A stretch of DNA of 64,000 bases from contig OX597815.1 in the NCBI GenBank assembly GCA_951406725.2, forward strand, positions 100,688,001 to 100,752,000, written 5' to 3'. Below, one piece after another: positions 13,119-26,240 of the stretch. This DNA comes from Octopus vulgaris (Eukaryota). The position numbers and the translations under genes are program-made. Below the pieces are notes generated by a model that did no database searches, had not been told where the DNA came from, and worked only from the letters and a program-made list of their open reading frames with translations. The stretch's first letter is position 1. Every line of letters begins with the position of its first letter.

Positions 13119-14343
13119 ATTAAATAGACGAGCTCAGCAAAGGAAATACCGTTGCCTCTAAACATTTCTACGTAATTCAGAGAAATTAAAGAGAAAAGAA
13201 AATTCCACAAAATTCAAAGAAATCAAAAAAGTACCACAGTAGCTAATTACTTTTGATATGAATGTCAGGAGCACAGACGAGCAAGAGACGGATATTCAAT
13301 GTTATCAATTATATCAGTAAACGCGCGCGTGTATAAAAATTAAAAAATTTAATTGTAATTCTTAGCGAAAATTTATTCACCGTTAGCTTCCAAACTTGCA
13401 GCTCACATTAATAGCTATTTAAGAATTAAATAGACGAGTTCAGCTGAGGAAATAACGTAGAAATCTGGAGAGGTCGTTGCCTCTAAACATTTCTATGTAA
13501 TTCAGAGAAATTAAAAAGAAACTAAAATTTTTTTGCTTGCGTCGACAAGAAATAAACACAAACAGCTCCAAATTTGTTTGCAGTGAGATGTGTGGTTTCA
13601 GACAGGACCCTTCACTGGAAGATTAATTACTACCAATACTGAATTTATCAGCAGCGTCACCATTGTACGGTAGGAAGATTTGGCTGCTATTTCTAACGCA
13701 ACGAATGACCATGTACTTTTGTACCACAGACGATGTTGTCATTTAATACAGCAACTCACTTTTACAGTTCTTAGTTATTAGACAGTGACCATGTTGAGAT
13801 AGCCTGCGGGGTTTTTTAATTAATTATATCGACCCGAGTAACTATTTTAGCCTGGCATTTATTTTATTTATTTATTGAATGGTAAAAATCACATTTCGAT
13901 AAAAAAACAAACGAAAAAAGAACCCAACTTAATACACCGGTATATACAGATGCGCACACATGCGACAGGCTTTTGCACAATTTCCATGAACAAAATTATG
14001 ATCAAAAGGAATTTGTCAATTCGAATCTATAGTAGAAGACACTTACCCAAAACATTGCGCAGTAGGGACGAAGCAGGAATTACTTGATTGCATAGCGAAC
14101 TTCCAAATCATGTGGCTATGTCTATAGTTCCTTCACAGTAGTTTATTAAAGAAAAACGGGAAAGACGATTCCCCGTCAATGATCTAAAACTACAAATACG
14201 ATTCTGGTTAATCCTCAATCTTTCACCATTAGGAATAACTTGACGACGAAACTAATGCTTGTGTAAACCCAGTTAATTTTATCTAAGAGGTTGGCACTAT
14301 CCTACAGTAACAACTTAGGCACCTTAATATGGGGTGGGGAGAA

Positions 14344-14427
14344 TATTTTCTTCCAACATGGCTAGATGTTACGACTCTTGTTTCAGGAGGTGAAAGTCGT
14401 AACATCCACTCATGCTGCAAGAAAATA
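14344..14427 (-). ncRNA. Pre-miRNA-like hairpin (candidate)
   Basis: 35-position bulge-free stem: 29 Watson-Crick pairs plus 3 G-U pairs on the minus strand, perfect 12-bp core gatgttacgact/agtcgtaacatc, 14-nt loop. I saw no second copy in the window. Confidence 0.4.
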
Positions 14428-14599
14428 AAACACAAAGTATCTCTGATCTGTAACACCGAGTTCTTTTTGCTGATTACTAAATCAGCTGATCGAAATCGCT
14501 GCCTCTCTCCTAATGTGCGCGTCTGTCTCTGTCAGAAAGAGAGAGAGGGGGGAGGGAGAGACTGAACAATCCGGATGATACTGTCAAAGCTAAACGGTA

Positions 14600-15660
14600 C
14601 AAACAAGTCCAAATACAAAAGAACAAAAACCCACTCGTTAAAATAGGAGACTACACGAAGTGCAATAGTCACAACCTTTTCATGCCAGTCCTTGAAATCG
14701 AGGGAAAGTCTAGAGAAACAACCAATGCATATAAAGATAAAAAAGTGATGTACAAAAAGAGTTGAGCTGATGGAGAGATCGTTTGGAGCATTTTATGCAA
14801 AATTTGCACAACATTTGGAAGCGGTATTTAAAAATCCCGAGTTCATTCGTAAAGGAAAAAAACACTTAAAATAAATGAAAACTCGTAAAACCCGACAGTG
14901 ATGAAGTACTAAAAGTAGGAAAGAGGTATGTAAATACAGAAGACACCTAAGAACTGGGCCTTTATGCCGGTAACAAATGCATAGAAAGGGCGACAGACAA
15001 AAACTACAGCGATTTTTCATTTACCAATTTCGTAAGAGTATTCAATAAAAAGTATCTCCTTTGACAAATTGCAAAGTAAAATCGAAGACGCGATGCGAAA
15101 GGGTCAGTTTTGGTTTTAGATCTAGTTGAGGAAGAGTCAGTAACCTTTTTATAGGGCCTATCCTCGTATTAACGTTGGATATAATGACCGAAAGAGTGCG
15201 ATCGTGAATACAAGCCACCGAAATGGGGTTTAACCAAAGGATCTCTGAAGTAACATTACTCGACAGGGTTTGTTGCTCGGAGATCCAGAAATCTCTCCAG
15301 GTCGCTATTTCTCCTCTTTGAGAGGTCCCAGCTATGGTACAACGGACATGTGACTAGAATGTCGTAGGAAAGGATAGCAAATCAAATTCTTCAAACCGAA
15401 CCAACTGGCAGGAGACTTAGAGGGAGACTGCGAGGGAGATAGTCTCAGTCGGTCACGTTTGGGAATCCCAAGTACAATGACGGTTATTTCTGATAGGACC
15501 CTATGGAGGAGGTGCTGTCGGAGAACTCTATCCCAAATGTCCCTCCTAGGAATTGGGTGGAGAACATGGGTGGATGAATTGTGAGCTAGACAACTGGGGG
15601 AGGGGTAGAACCAGAGAAACTCGTGGTGTCAGCTATTCGTATATGTATGTGCAAGGCCGT
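14600..15660 (+). pseudogene. Decayed RTE-clade LINE (Expander/Rex3-like), RT fragments and C-terminus
   Basis: Interrupted translation gives TPKNW, RKGDR and a frameshifted QFGFRS, then IQATEMG..RISEVTLLDRV..SEIQKSLQ..ERSQLWYNGHVTRMS*ERIANQILQTEPTGRRLRGR. Confidence 0.75.
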
Positions 15661-18600
15661 AAGCTCATTTCGCAATAATGACGTCTTAGGTTTGATCCCT
15701 CAGCCTTATGTCTGGAAAATTAGGTAGCTGTTATGAATAAGTTGGGTGATGGTGAGTTTGAGGATCTAAAAAAATAATGTTTATCTCAGTGTAATAAATT
15801 TTACGAGGTAAATGAAATTAGTAACAAAAAATAACTTCAGTCAAAATGATGATAATGATATAAATCATCGGCTAAAATTTCTATATAAATGATAGTAGTA
15901 CTCATGACTTATAACATGAATGTATATACATCAGCGAACTAAATTTAACTTCAGGAAGCACTCAAAGCTCATTACTGAGCAAAATGAGGTGAAAAGAAGC
16001 CGGTTTATTTCTTCACCGTGAAACATTACTCGGGATACAATTTAACATTCTTAATCAGTTCATGACCACGAAGGTGGGGTTATAAAAGAATCTGAAGATA
16101 ACTAAAAACAAAGATATTTAATAATGGTGATTTAGTTTTATGTCAGCCGCGATAAAAGGCGCTCCAGCTGTGACTATTCTATCCTTCCCCACCGAACATT
16201 AGTGTATCTAGAAATATATTATTCAATGTGCCTAGTTAGGGAGATGTGATTCGAGAGTGATTTACCTGCTGTGTCTAAATGGTCAATCGACCGAATAAAA
16301 GTTCTCTCACTGGTTCATAAGGAAAAAAATTAATAAAGTGAATAATCTACAAAAGAAAATCTCAAGATCTTTTCTTTTTCTTTACAAAATATACTGCTTC
16401 ATCCCCACATGCACACGTAAAGCGTTCACACTCTTGATCACATACAAACTCTCACACGAACACATACACACAATTTCAAAAGTATTAATCGGCTTTTGGT
16501 AACTTTTTGCCCGGTTAAAACCTCGTAACTCATCTCACAATATACAATTGTGAAATTGTGATATTACGAAAGGGTGATATCGGAACTGTTTGTGACTAAC
16601 TGTTTCTCATGTTATCACTAACGTTAAATAGACAATTTTAATGAATGAAGACCAAGTACTGCATAACACTTGTGTTTTAATCCGTTTATGAATACGATGG
16701 TAGTGGGGTGAGAGATAATATTTGAGGAAGATTTAGCAGCAGTTTCTTGCAGATTGAGTGACTGTTTAGAAGCTTCCTCCAATTGAATCGAGGTAGTCTT
16801 TATTTACTGATCTCTTAATGAGTTCGGAGTTTAAACTGTGCCCTTGGGGTTATCATGTATCTCTGTGGACTAGACATTACCATTCTGTTACTAGAAAATC
16901 TAACCGCTTCTTAGTCGAGGGGTTAGATTTAGGATAAACTAATACTGAATATATGCCCTGGGTATGACATTTTTACTGCATGCGGTGGAGTTGTGGGGAG
17001 CGTGGAGACGCCCTTTAAACCATTATTCCTAGATTCATTCTGACTTGGAACGGTAGTGCCATCAGAGTCCCATCTATAGGTTAACAGATTTTTGTAAGGG
17101 TAGATTGAGCACCTTAGCTGCGGCGAAAGCAATCAATCTCAGAGAAGGAGAACTCTTCCAGCATGCCCTAAATCAGCATTAGAGAGTGTGATGACTGATC
17201 AAAACTAGTATGAGGTATGTCCAATAACAAATTCATACTATAGTTGTAACCATCTCATTCTGACGTAGGCGGAAATAGCGGGAAATGATGATGAATACTA
17301 CATATAATGTAGCAGAAAGGACTGTCTTGATTAGAAAGCCGGTCCTATGATGCAAAACATTTCACACACGTGTAAATTACCTTCAGATAACACTACAGCG
17401 GCCAAAATTATTCACAAAGCTTAAACGAATGTGTTGCAAAACAGTCGAAATAAACAAAATCACAATCAAACAACATTTATAAATATACTTCAGAAAAATA
17501 CACAATTTTGCAGGGGAAATGACCAATAACACTGACAACAACAATAACAACAGAAAGTACCGTTGCTTTCACGGTTCCCAATGTCACAAAGTCCGCACAG
17601 AGTAGATTTAAAGATAAACACTTCACACACAAAATCTAAATAATCTTCAATAGAACACTAACGACATTAAAAGCTACGAAACTAAAAGATTTAATCACCA
17701 CTCAGGACATTCAATAATTCAAGAAACATTGTTTCTACCAGAAAACTGAACACTCAGCAGTCTAATTATACAAAAACCAAGCAAGACAACCCTTATAGGG
17801 GTATTTTTTAAACATACGTATAAATTTCCATTCAACAGATATCACAAATGACATTCTTAAAATAGGGAAGGCATTATTCAAGATATGCTCAATTAAACTG
17901 TAAGTGGAAACAGACACGTTTATTGTTATGATCCAAGCAAGCGTGTCCAAAAAGGTACGCGCCCCAAATCCAAAACTTTTACGGTTACGATTTTACAAAC
18001 ACATATTCTTTGCTCTTCTCATCATCACTCCGATTCTTTTTTTTTTTTTTTTGAGGGGTGGGGCACACTTAAAACATGGAGATTACATTTCTGAGGAAAA
18101 CATTTTTTATCCCTTCCCTCAAAATATCAAAACTGATTGCTTTATGGTAATTTTCCACTTCCTATCTGTAATGACAAACCGAAAGAAAACTGAAACGCAT
18201 TCTTTCAAAAAAAAAAAAAAAGTAACACAAAACTTTTATCATTAACGCGCTCTCGTATATATGTGTACCACACAACACCATCGTCGAAACAGTTTACGTG
18301 ATAACGAAAAAGTCTACGTGATCGCCTGATCAGCTAAATCTTACTCTATTTAACACCCGTCACCTTTGATCAAGGATGACTTAAAGCTAAAGACCAATAA
18401 GCACCCTCATAGGTTACACAATCCGACTACAACCACTTTTAGAAAAATAAATGTTTTGAAGCAGCTTAATGAAAGAGCGAGTTATTGCAAACGGGAAAGA
18501 ACGATGATCATATTTCAAAATCCATTTAATTTAAAATTTACTTTGATCACGGGCAGAGTAAAATCAAATACAGAACAGAGTAAACACAACAGTATAAATA

Positions 18601-19806
18601 CATAAAAAACGAAAGCACATAGTGAATAAGTGAAGAATAATACGTAAAAATAATTCAGTCCACGATGCACGTTAAAAGTTAACAAAGTTGTGTAAGTTCA
18701 TATCAATAATTTCATATTCCAATGCTAGGAGAATGTATATTTACACAAACACACACACAAGAGTAATGTTCATTAGAATATCCACGAAGAAATTCATATG
18801 CAATAGGTCATAATTCAAAACGATTTGAGTCTTTTTTATTATTATTATTGTAGATATGCGTATAAATGATAATTACGAATACGTCCGTACGAGAAAGTTA
18901 TGTGTGAACGTGCTTCTCATAATGTATGTCGATATGAATACGCGTGCGCAAGAACATTTTCCTCACAATGTATGTCACTATTGATATCTTTTATGTAGTG
19001 TATGTACGAGGGATAGTTCCTTCGGTTGCGGCGGCGAGGAGGTTATGTTCAACTACAGTCAGATTGTCAACAAGCGTTTTTTTTTTTTTTAAACTTTGTG
19101 TGTGCGCGCGCGAGAATACAAGTTACGCTTGGCTTTGTTTATATCGTCACCTAAGTTACATTTCAAGTGACGCGCCTGCCTTCAAGGTATGCCTGCAAAG
19201 TTGCTGGCATGTGAATCGCTGAAAAACTAGCTGTTTGTCAAGCTGTGTTATTTGATATTTTCACTGGATTTTATACAGATTCGATTTTCAATCGAACTCT
19301 GTTGTCACAAGGAATGTGAGCAGCCGAAATGGCGTTGCTACGAATTTAACCGCCAAACCTCATACAGAACAGAGTAAACACAGTATAACAAACCTCATCA
19401 TTGCAGAAGACTTTAATGCCTTGAACACATCCAGGTTTTCAAATAGTACAGACGAAATACTGCTAAGCGTTTCGCCCGATGTGCTAACGCTTCTGCCAGC
19501 TCATAGTACCATCAAACTCAACTCCTTGTATACCCTAAACAATTCATATCTTCTCACCAAGCCGACTTTAAAAAACTCTTCTCTAGACGCTACCTTATGC
19601 GCCACATAGTTATGTTGGGGCACTGCCTTGAAGAGTTTGGTCGAACAAATCGAATATAAGTACTTATTTTAAAAGTCTGGGACTTATATACTCTTGGTCT
19701 CTTTTACTGAACTACTAAGTTACAACGATATAAATACATCAACACCAGTTATTAAGACGTAGAGGTGTGGAAAAATATACACACACACAGCTTCCACGCA
19801 GTTTCC

Positions 19807-20083
19807 GGTACTACTTAAAAAGAGTGGTCCCGGCGCGCACGCGTACTCGCGCATCCGCGCTAGCTAGTCGTGACTAGTCGATCTTACAACGACTACCTAG
19901 CAAAATAAATTAAACACAAAATAAATATTTTTTTAAAACAAAGTAAACAAAACACAAAGTAAATAATTTTTTTAAACAAAGTAAATAACACAAAAGCACA
20001 AAGTAAGGATCGACTAGTCACGACTAGCTAGCGCGGATGCGCGAGTACGCGAGCGCACACTGGGACCACTCTTAAGTAGTACA
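19807..20083. mobile_element. Young MITE with ~80-bp CpG-rich TIRs and an 8-bp TSD, inserted in a SINE B
   Basis: gtactactta...cgcgtactcgcgcatccgcgctagctagtcgtgactagtcgatc is mirrored at the right end; cagtttcc is duplicated at 19799-19806 and 20084-20091. Confidence 0.9.
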
Positions 20084-21017
20084 CAGTTTCCTCTATCAAA
20101 TCCACTTAAAGGCATTGGTCGGCTTGGGGCTACAGAAGACACTTGCCCAACGTGCTGTGCAATGAGACAGAACTCAAAATCACGTGGTTGCAAAGCGAGT
20201 TTTTTTTAACCACAGCGAGTTTTTTTTAACCACAGGCCTTCTTGGTAAACAATTCCCTAATTTTCCACAGACCAGCTACTAATTATCGTTACACTGTACT
20301 TGCACGTCAATGAAATAAGCAAAAACATTTTTATAATCTTAAAAAAAAGTACTATGGAATGGGTCTTGCCAAAAAACAGAATCATGATTTTTCAAAATTC
20401 AACACCATCACAATCCCAAACATATACACTGCATACATACATTCAATAAAATAACTATAGATGCATAAAAAAAAAGGCATCCTCATAAAATATAACCGCA
20501 ATTACACACCAGAAATAACCAGCCTCATAAACAACCTCAAACAATGCACCAAACCTACACACTACTGAAATAAAACTCGGCATCAAACTAGACAAGGGGG
20601 GAAAAAGCCAAAAATTGGCAAATATCTGTATCCAATACGAATAAAAAGGGAAAAACAACAACACTACAGAATAATTAGCAGCAATAACATCCACAGCATA
20701 CTCCATGTGACAACAACTTCAAACAATATACTCATACTACAACAGTAATAAAATCAGCCGAAGCTCATCATCATCGTTTAACGTCAACTTTTCCATGTTT
20801 GCATGGATCAGGTGGAACTGGTTGAGGTAGATTTTCTAGTCAGATGCCCTTCCTGTCACTTACCCTCACCCAATTCCAAGCAAGGTGATATTTCCCATAG
20901 CTTGACATGTTTTTCAAAGAAGACTGGCAACAAACAACCTTGTTTGTATTGACTATGACGCCCATTTACAAACATCAAAATGATGTCTAGACAAGGGTAC
21001 ACATGCACACACATATA

Positions 21018-21234
21018 CGAGGGGGTGCTGAAAAATTCCAGGCTTTGGGTAAAGGAAAATACAGGAGGATCAGTTAATTGTGGTTTTATTCAACATATTC
21101 TCCTCTCAGATTCACACACTTATCATAGTGGTCCTTCAGTTTTTCCAAGCCCTGTGAAAGAACTTAGAAGGTTGGGCCTCCAATTAGGCATTTTGCAATA
21201 CCCTTAAAGCCAGGAACTTTTCAGCACCCCCTTG
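21018..21234. mobile_element. Tc1/mariner-type MITE, copy 1
   Basis: TIRs (ta)cgagggggtgctgaaaaattccaggcttt and aaagccaggaacttttcagcacccccttg; homologous copy at 30764-30980. Confidence 0.8.
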
Positions 21235-22592
21235 TGTGTGTATGTATGTATATATATACACACACATACATACATACATACAAGGGGCTTCTTCCAGTTT
21301 CCATTTAACAAATCCACTCACAAGGCTTTGGTCGATCTAGAATTATAGTAGAAAACACTTGCCCAAGGTCCTGTACAATAAGACTGAAACTAAGGTCACA
21401 TAGTTGGGCAACAAATTTCTTAACTACACAGACACACCTGGTACACAAAACAATATGCACCATCCACTCAGAACACAATTTTGACCCTTCTTTCCATCAT
21501 GCACCCAGAAAGTAATAAGGAAATCTAAAAGCACAAAAGCCTCAGGGCCAGGCAAGATCACAAAGATATACTTAAAACACTGAGAATCATCTGCACACTT
21601 ACTTGTATCAATATTGTCAAATTCCATACATCATCCACTTTTTTCTATAATGTTCTTTGTGTATTATTCACACAATACATGATGCTTAACTACACAGCTA
21701 AGAAACCTATATCAGACACCTACATTGACACTACTTAAAGATAACCTTCATCTCTAACAAATTCTTACAAAAAGAACGTGATCCACAATACAGCTATGAA
21801 GAGTGATAAATAAGAAAGAGTAGTTCAATGTTTCTAGATTTCTCATTAAATAAATCAAGGAATCATTTTTAACACATTCAGAAACATTGAAATCTAGCAC
21901 TAAACAAAAGCTTCAGTTAATACAAATAACCTATATACAGAATTAGCGACAATACTTGCTGTCATCATTACAACCACTTCCGTCCGGAAACCTCAGAAAC
22001 TTTGTGAACTAATAAGAGACCATGACTTGCTAGAAATAACAGCCAAATTGCACTACTATCTTCACAAAAGTATACTAGCTAGAGTAAATAAAAAGCATGA
22101 TGGTCATGGCAGGAAGGTGCTTGATCTAGGTCTACTTCACTAGCAGTATTTTCTCCAGCTCTAAGTTCTGAGTTCAATTTCTAACTAGGTCAACTTTGGA
22201 TAAAATAAAGAACCCGTCTAGCACTGAGGCAGATATAATTAACTGTTTTACTTCAACACTAAATTTGAGATCTTGTGACTACATAAAGAGACCAACATTA
22301 TCCACAATACTAACTTTTGAATACCATATAAACATAATTCATATTTTTGAGAGTCAGGTTTTCATGGATGAGTCGTGTTGGGAGTGGAGGAGTTCCTGTC
22401 AGAATCTAATAAAAACAACAACAATATACTCCATTTGTCCAGTCCTGATTTTAGAGGGTTTTATAAATTGTCAACATTATAAAATAAAGTAATAGAGAAC
22501 ACCTATAATTAGTGATAAAATAAAAAGCAAATTCAACCTCAGCAGAATTCAAACATAGAAAATATCTGCCACCATTCCCTTTTCTTAATTAA

Positions 22593-22820
22593 CCCTTTCG
22601 CAATCAGACTACTCTGTCAAATGTAATACTTATTCATTGACATTGCTTTGAATTAAGCATGCATTCTCTTGTAGGGTCAAAATTTTGATGAGGTGATTGT
22701 TTATTTTTAGAATGACATTGTAGGTCAAGTGTAAGAGGCAGGGTCTCTCTCTCTTTTTGGTCAGTTTGAACATAAAACAGGTAAAATGTTTTGGCAGGAT
22801 ATAGTTTAAACATTTAAGCA
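22593..22820. mobile_element. piggyBac-like MITE
   Basis: Starts TTAA|CCCTTT and ends before a TTAA; shares both end motifs with the 55-bp derivative at 26241-26295. Confidence 0.55.
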
Positions 22821-23184
22821 TTAATGATTTCACGACCATAATTCTTTTAAAGTACTTTTAAAATCAGTTCATTTTGAGCAATCAAGAATTTGGAGGGAGT
22901 TTAGTAAGCTTAGTATTAAACTGTTTGGTATTTTATTTTTCTTTTGAAAGGGGTGGGTATTGCACATATATTTCTAGGAGGCCATGTTTAATTACATGTA
23001 GGGAATATGACTGATGACTTTGATTAGTCTGGGGTTTGAAGAAATTGAAGGCAAGAGAGGGCATATGTAACATACTACATTAGATAATGTAATACTTAAA
23101 AAGCTTCCAACATAATTTTATGACGGAAGGTTTTAATTTAAGTATGATCATTTTAAAATAAGAGGGCCATATCACAGAATCTTG

Positions 23185-23552
23185 AGCATAGGAGTGACTG
23201 TGTGGTAAGTAGCTTGCTTACCAACCACATGGTTCCAGGTTCAGTCTCACTGCGTGGCACCTTGAACAAATGTCTTCAACGATAGCCTCGGGCCGACCAA
23301 AGCCTTGTGAGTGGATTTGGTAGACGGAAACTGAAAGAAGCCCGTCATATATATGTATGTGTTTGTCTCTCCAACATCGCTTGACAACCGATGCTGGTGT
23401 GTTTACGTCCCCGTAACTTAGCAGTTCGCCAAAAGTGACTAATAGAATAAGTACTAGGCTTACAAAGAATAAGTCCTGGGGTCGATTTCCTCGACTAAAG
23501 GCGGTGCTCCAGCATGGCCACAGTCAAATGACTGAAACAAGTAAAGAGTAAA
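23185..23552 (+). mobile_element. SINE family B, full length, 9-bp target-site duplication
   Basis: A/B-box-like head; TSD agaatcttg at 23176-23184 and 23553-23561. It interrupts a MITE fragment related to 29085-29292. Further copies lie near 19610-20212 (-), 21240-21430 (-), 29790-30222 (+) and 36313-36775 (+). Confidence 0.9.
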
Positions 23553-24259
23553 AGAATCTTGGGAGGTTTGTCATATAGAGTTAACACTTTGGGGGAAAGT
23601 AAATTATATTGGTACAAATGTTATATTTAATCTCAACTACAAATATATTAATGTACTTCATGGCACAAAGATATTACTATACCAGTTGAAATAGTTGAGT
23701 GGTACCTGGTTCAACATTTTACAGGATATTTAAATGTGTGGAATCATAACATGGAGATATAAAAAAAGTGGATAGTGAGAGAGATGGAGAGATAAATGAT
23801 ATAGATAGATGGACGAATGAATGAACAGTGTGAGTGAGAGAGAGAATCTAATAAAAATTAGATAAAGTGATAAGCAGCTTAAAATTTAATATGACAACAT
23901 GAAATCATATTTCCCTGATTACTGTAGCTGCCAACAGCTTAAAAATAATTTTCAGATCAAAAAAGCAGCCATATATCACCTGTAAAGGATTTTAACTGAA
24001 GCTTCTGATAGCAAGCTCAATCACTATAGCTATCAAAATTTCAATAATTAATGAGATACTTCTACCTATTATTATTGAAGATTAGAGTTAGAAGAATCAC
24101 AATCAATACATGTTGAAGGGCCTGCAAAATTAATGGGCGATGTTTGCTCCTTTTCTAAAAATTTGTAGGAATAGAAGATGTGATGGAGAACTTTTTTCAA
24201 CCTAAGGAATCTTCAGTTATCACTACCACCTCAACAATAACGACTACTGCTGCTGCTGA

Positions 24260-24718
24260 CTAGATATTGTTGTGAAAAATCAAGTAGCAAAGACTTGAAT
24301 GTTGCAGCCCCAACTAACAAAATTACACCTCTGAAAACAAGAAATTGAGCAAAAGGACTTGGAGAATAGAAATCAGAAGAATGTGGCATCCTAAAGCAAC
24401 AACATTTACCTATTGTTATTGAGGCACTTGAAATTTTATCAAAAGGAGTAAACAAATATGTAGACCAAATTCCTGGCATCCCCAAAATAAATGAATAGCG
24501 AAAGAGTATATTTATAGGTTACCTTTCATATTTTAAATAAATTCCTCTTCATGTAAATACCATCTCATTCATTCAGTCTTATAAATTTTACAGAGATTTC
24601 TTTCATACAACACAGTCACTAGTTTTATCAATTGCATTACACCTCACCTGTTGTCTCTGGTTGAGACTCGAGTGCAGCTTGTGTAAATTAAAGGAAAGGC
24701 AAAACATAATGATGATGC
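24260..24718 (+). pseudogene. R4/Dong-like non-LTR element 3' end (restriction-like endonuclease domain)
   Basis: Frameshifted DIVVKNQ..NVAAPTNK..KLSK..DLE..EIRRMWH..PIVIEAL..KGVNKYVDQIPGIPK, followed by a short UTR and a taatgatgatg tail. Confidence 0.75.
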
Positions 24719-25106
24719 TCTTAAATTCTTTCGAATTTAGACACAAGGCTACCAAGTTTGAAGAGATGGGGTTAATCAATTACAGCCGTCCCGAGAGAGC
24801 TAAAATAAACTTCAGCACTGAAGATTATGTGAAATTTTTATTGAGAAAGGTGAAGCATTGAACTAGCTATATCACTGATGGAGCCAATACATAGTTATTT
24901 GACCTACTAGAAATAACAGCCAAACCTTCATCAAATTAAACCATACCACTGGATAATATATGTAGTCCTACAAATCTTTGAAAAGCAAGAAAGTCATGGT
25001 TAGAACATCTAAAAGCCTGTTCTGTCAGGGTTGACCTGGGACTGAGCAACAATAACACCAGCAGCACTAGCTATTACAAAGCAACAGTCTCTATTACTAT
25101 TTACAT

Positions 25107-25360
25107 TAGTGTTTCTCAACCAGTTTTTGCTTATGGGCCCTTTTGATTCCTATTTTACTCTACTGGACCTACATAACCATTCAATGTTTTACAAAAAAAT
25201 CGTATTATATTCTTATAATTAGATATTATTAAGAATTGTATTAAAAAATAGAATATTTTGTGTATTGTAGAAATATAACCAACTTCTTGCACATAAACTT
25301 TAACAATAAAATTTTCTATGGACCCCACCAAGGGTCATGTGAACCAGTTGAAAACCACTG
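25107..25360. mobile_element. hAT (Charlie-like) MITE
   Basis: TIRs tagtgtttctcaac / gttgaaaaccactg; imperfect 8-bp TSD atttacat/atttatgt. Confidence 0.7.
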
Positions 25361-26240
25361 ATTTATGTCATTTCAATCTTTCATGATACATAAATACTGA
25401 AGTAGAAAGTAAAAAAATCTATCAAAAGGCTTGAAATAAAATGTTCTTTAAGCCAGTTAAGGTCATGCTAGTGCATTACTTCTACAACTGTTCTTTCTTC
25501 CATTATGAAAATTAACAAAAGACCAACTTTTTAATTTCACTAAATATGTTATATTTATCAAATATTTCAACTTTTAAGAGGAAAAAATGCCAACTTAATT
25601 TTACGCAATTTTTTCTTTTTGAACCAATAAAAGAAAATTGATGAATTGCTCTACTTGTTAGAAAATACATCTTATGACATTAAAAGAATAAGACAGGTAT
25701 GAGTGCCTTTAATCACATGACTACTTGAGCAGAAGCCATTGGAGTAAGTAACAACTCTACTCCCCACCCCTGATCTGAGAGAAGTCTTAAATTATTTTTC
25801 AGTCTTCTGAGATGGAGTCATACAGACATAACTAGCAGGGCTGAAGTATTGTGGGTTGGTGTTTAGAGAGAAACACAGAGAGAAAACAGAGACAAATGAG
25901 CATCTCAATCCCATTTTCTTTTTAGTATAATTACTAATCTATAATAATTGATTTTATATACTTAACAAGGATTAGAATCTCCAGTTACAAATGTTTTGGA
26001 TGTAGTTCAATAACTTGTCAAAATTCATTTACCAAATTAGAAATGTGAAATGTCTTTACAGCAAAAGCTCGAGGCTTTTAATCAGTGACAAATTTTACAG
26101 ATGTATATTTGTTATTATTTAGCATCAGGTCAATTCTCAATTGAGTAGGACCTACGATTAAAAGTATTCCAACTATGACTGTCCTACCTTTAATTCCGAC
26201 ACATCTAGGACTAAATTATTCAACAAATCCTTACCTTTAA

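Larger units (their letters stand above)
17330..21630 (+). pseudogene. Very old, fragmented APE-endonuclease LINE (I/Jockey-like) carrying nested insertions
   Basis: Collinear relics: IIQET (~17715), NLIIAEDFNA (~19390; cf. GDFNA), SSLDAT (~19580; cf. SxxD), NYTPEITSLIN (~20500), KSKSTKASGPGKITKIYLKH (~21520; cf. KAxGPD). Confidence 0.55.
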
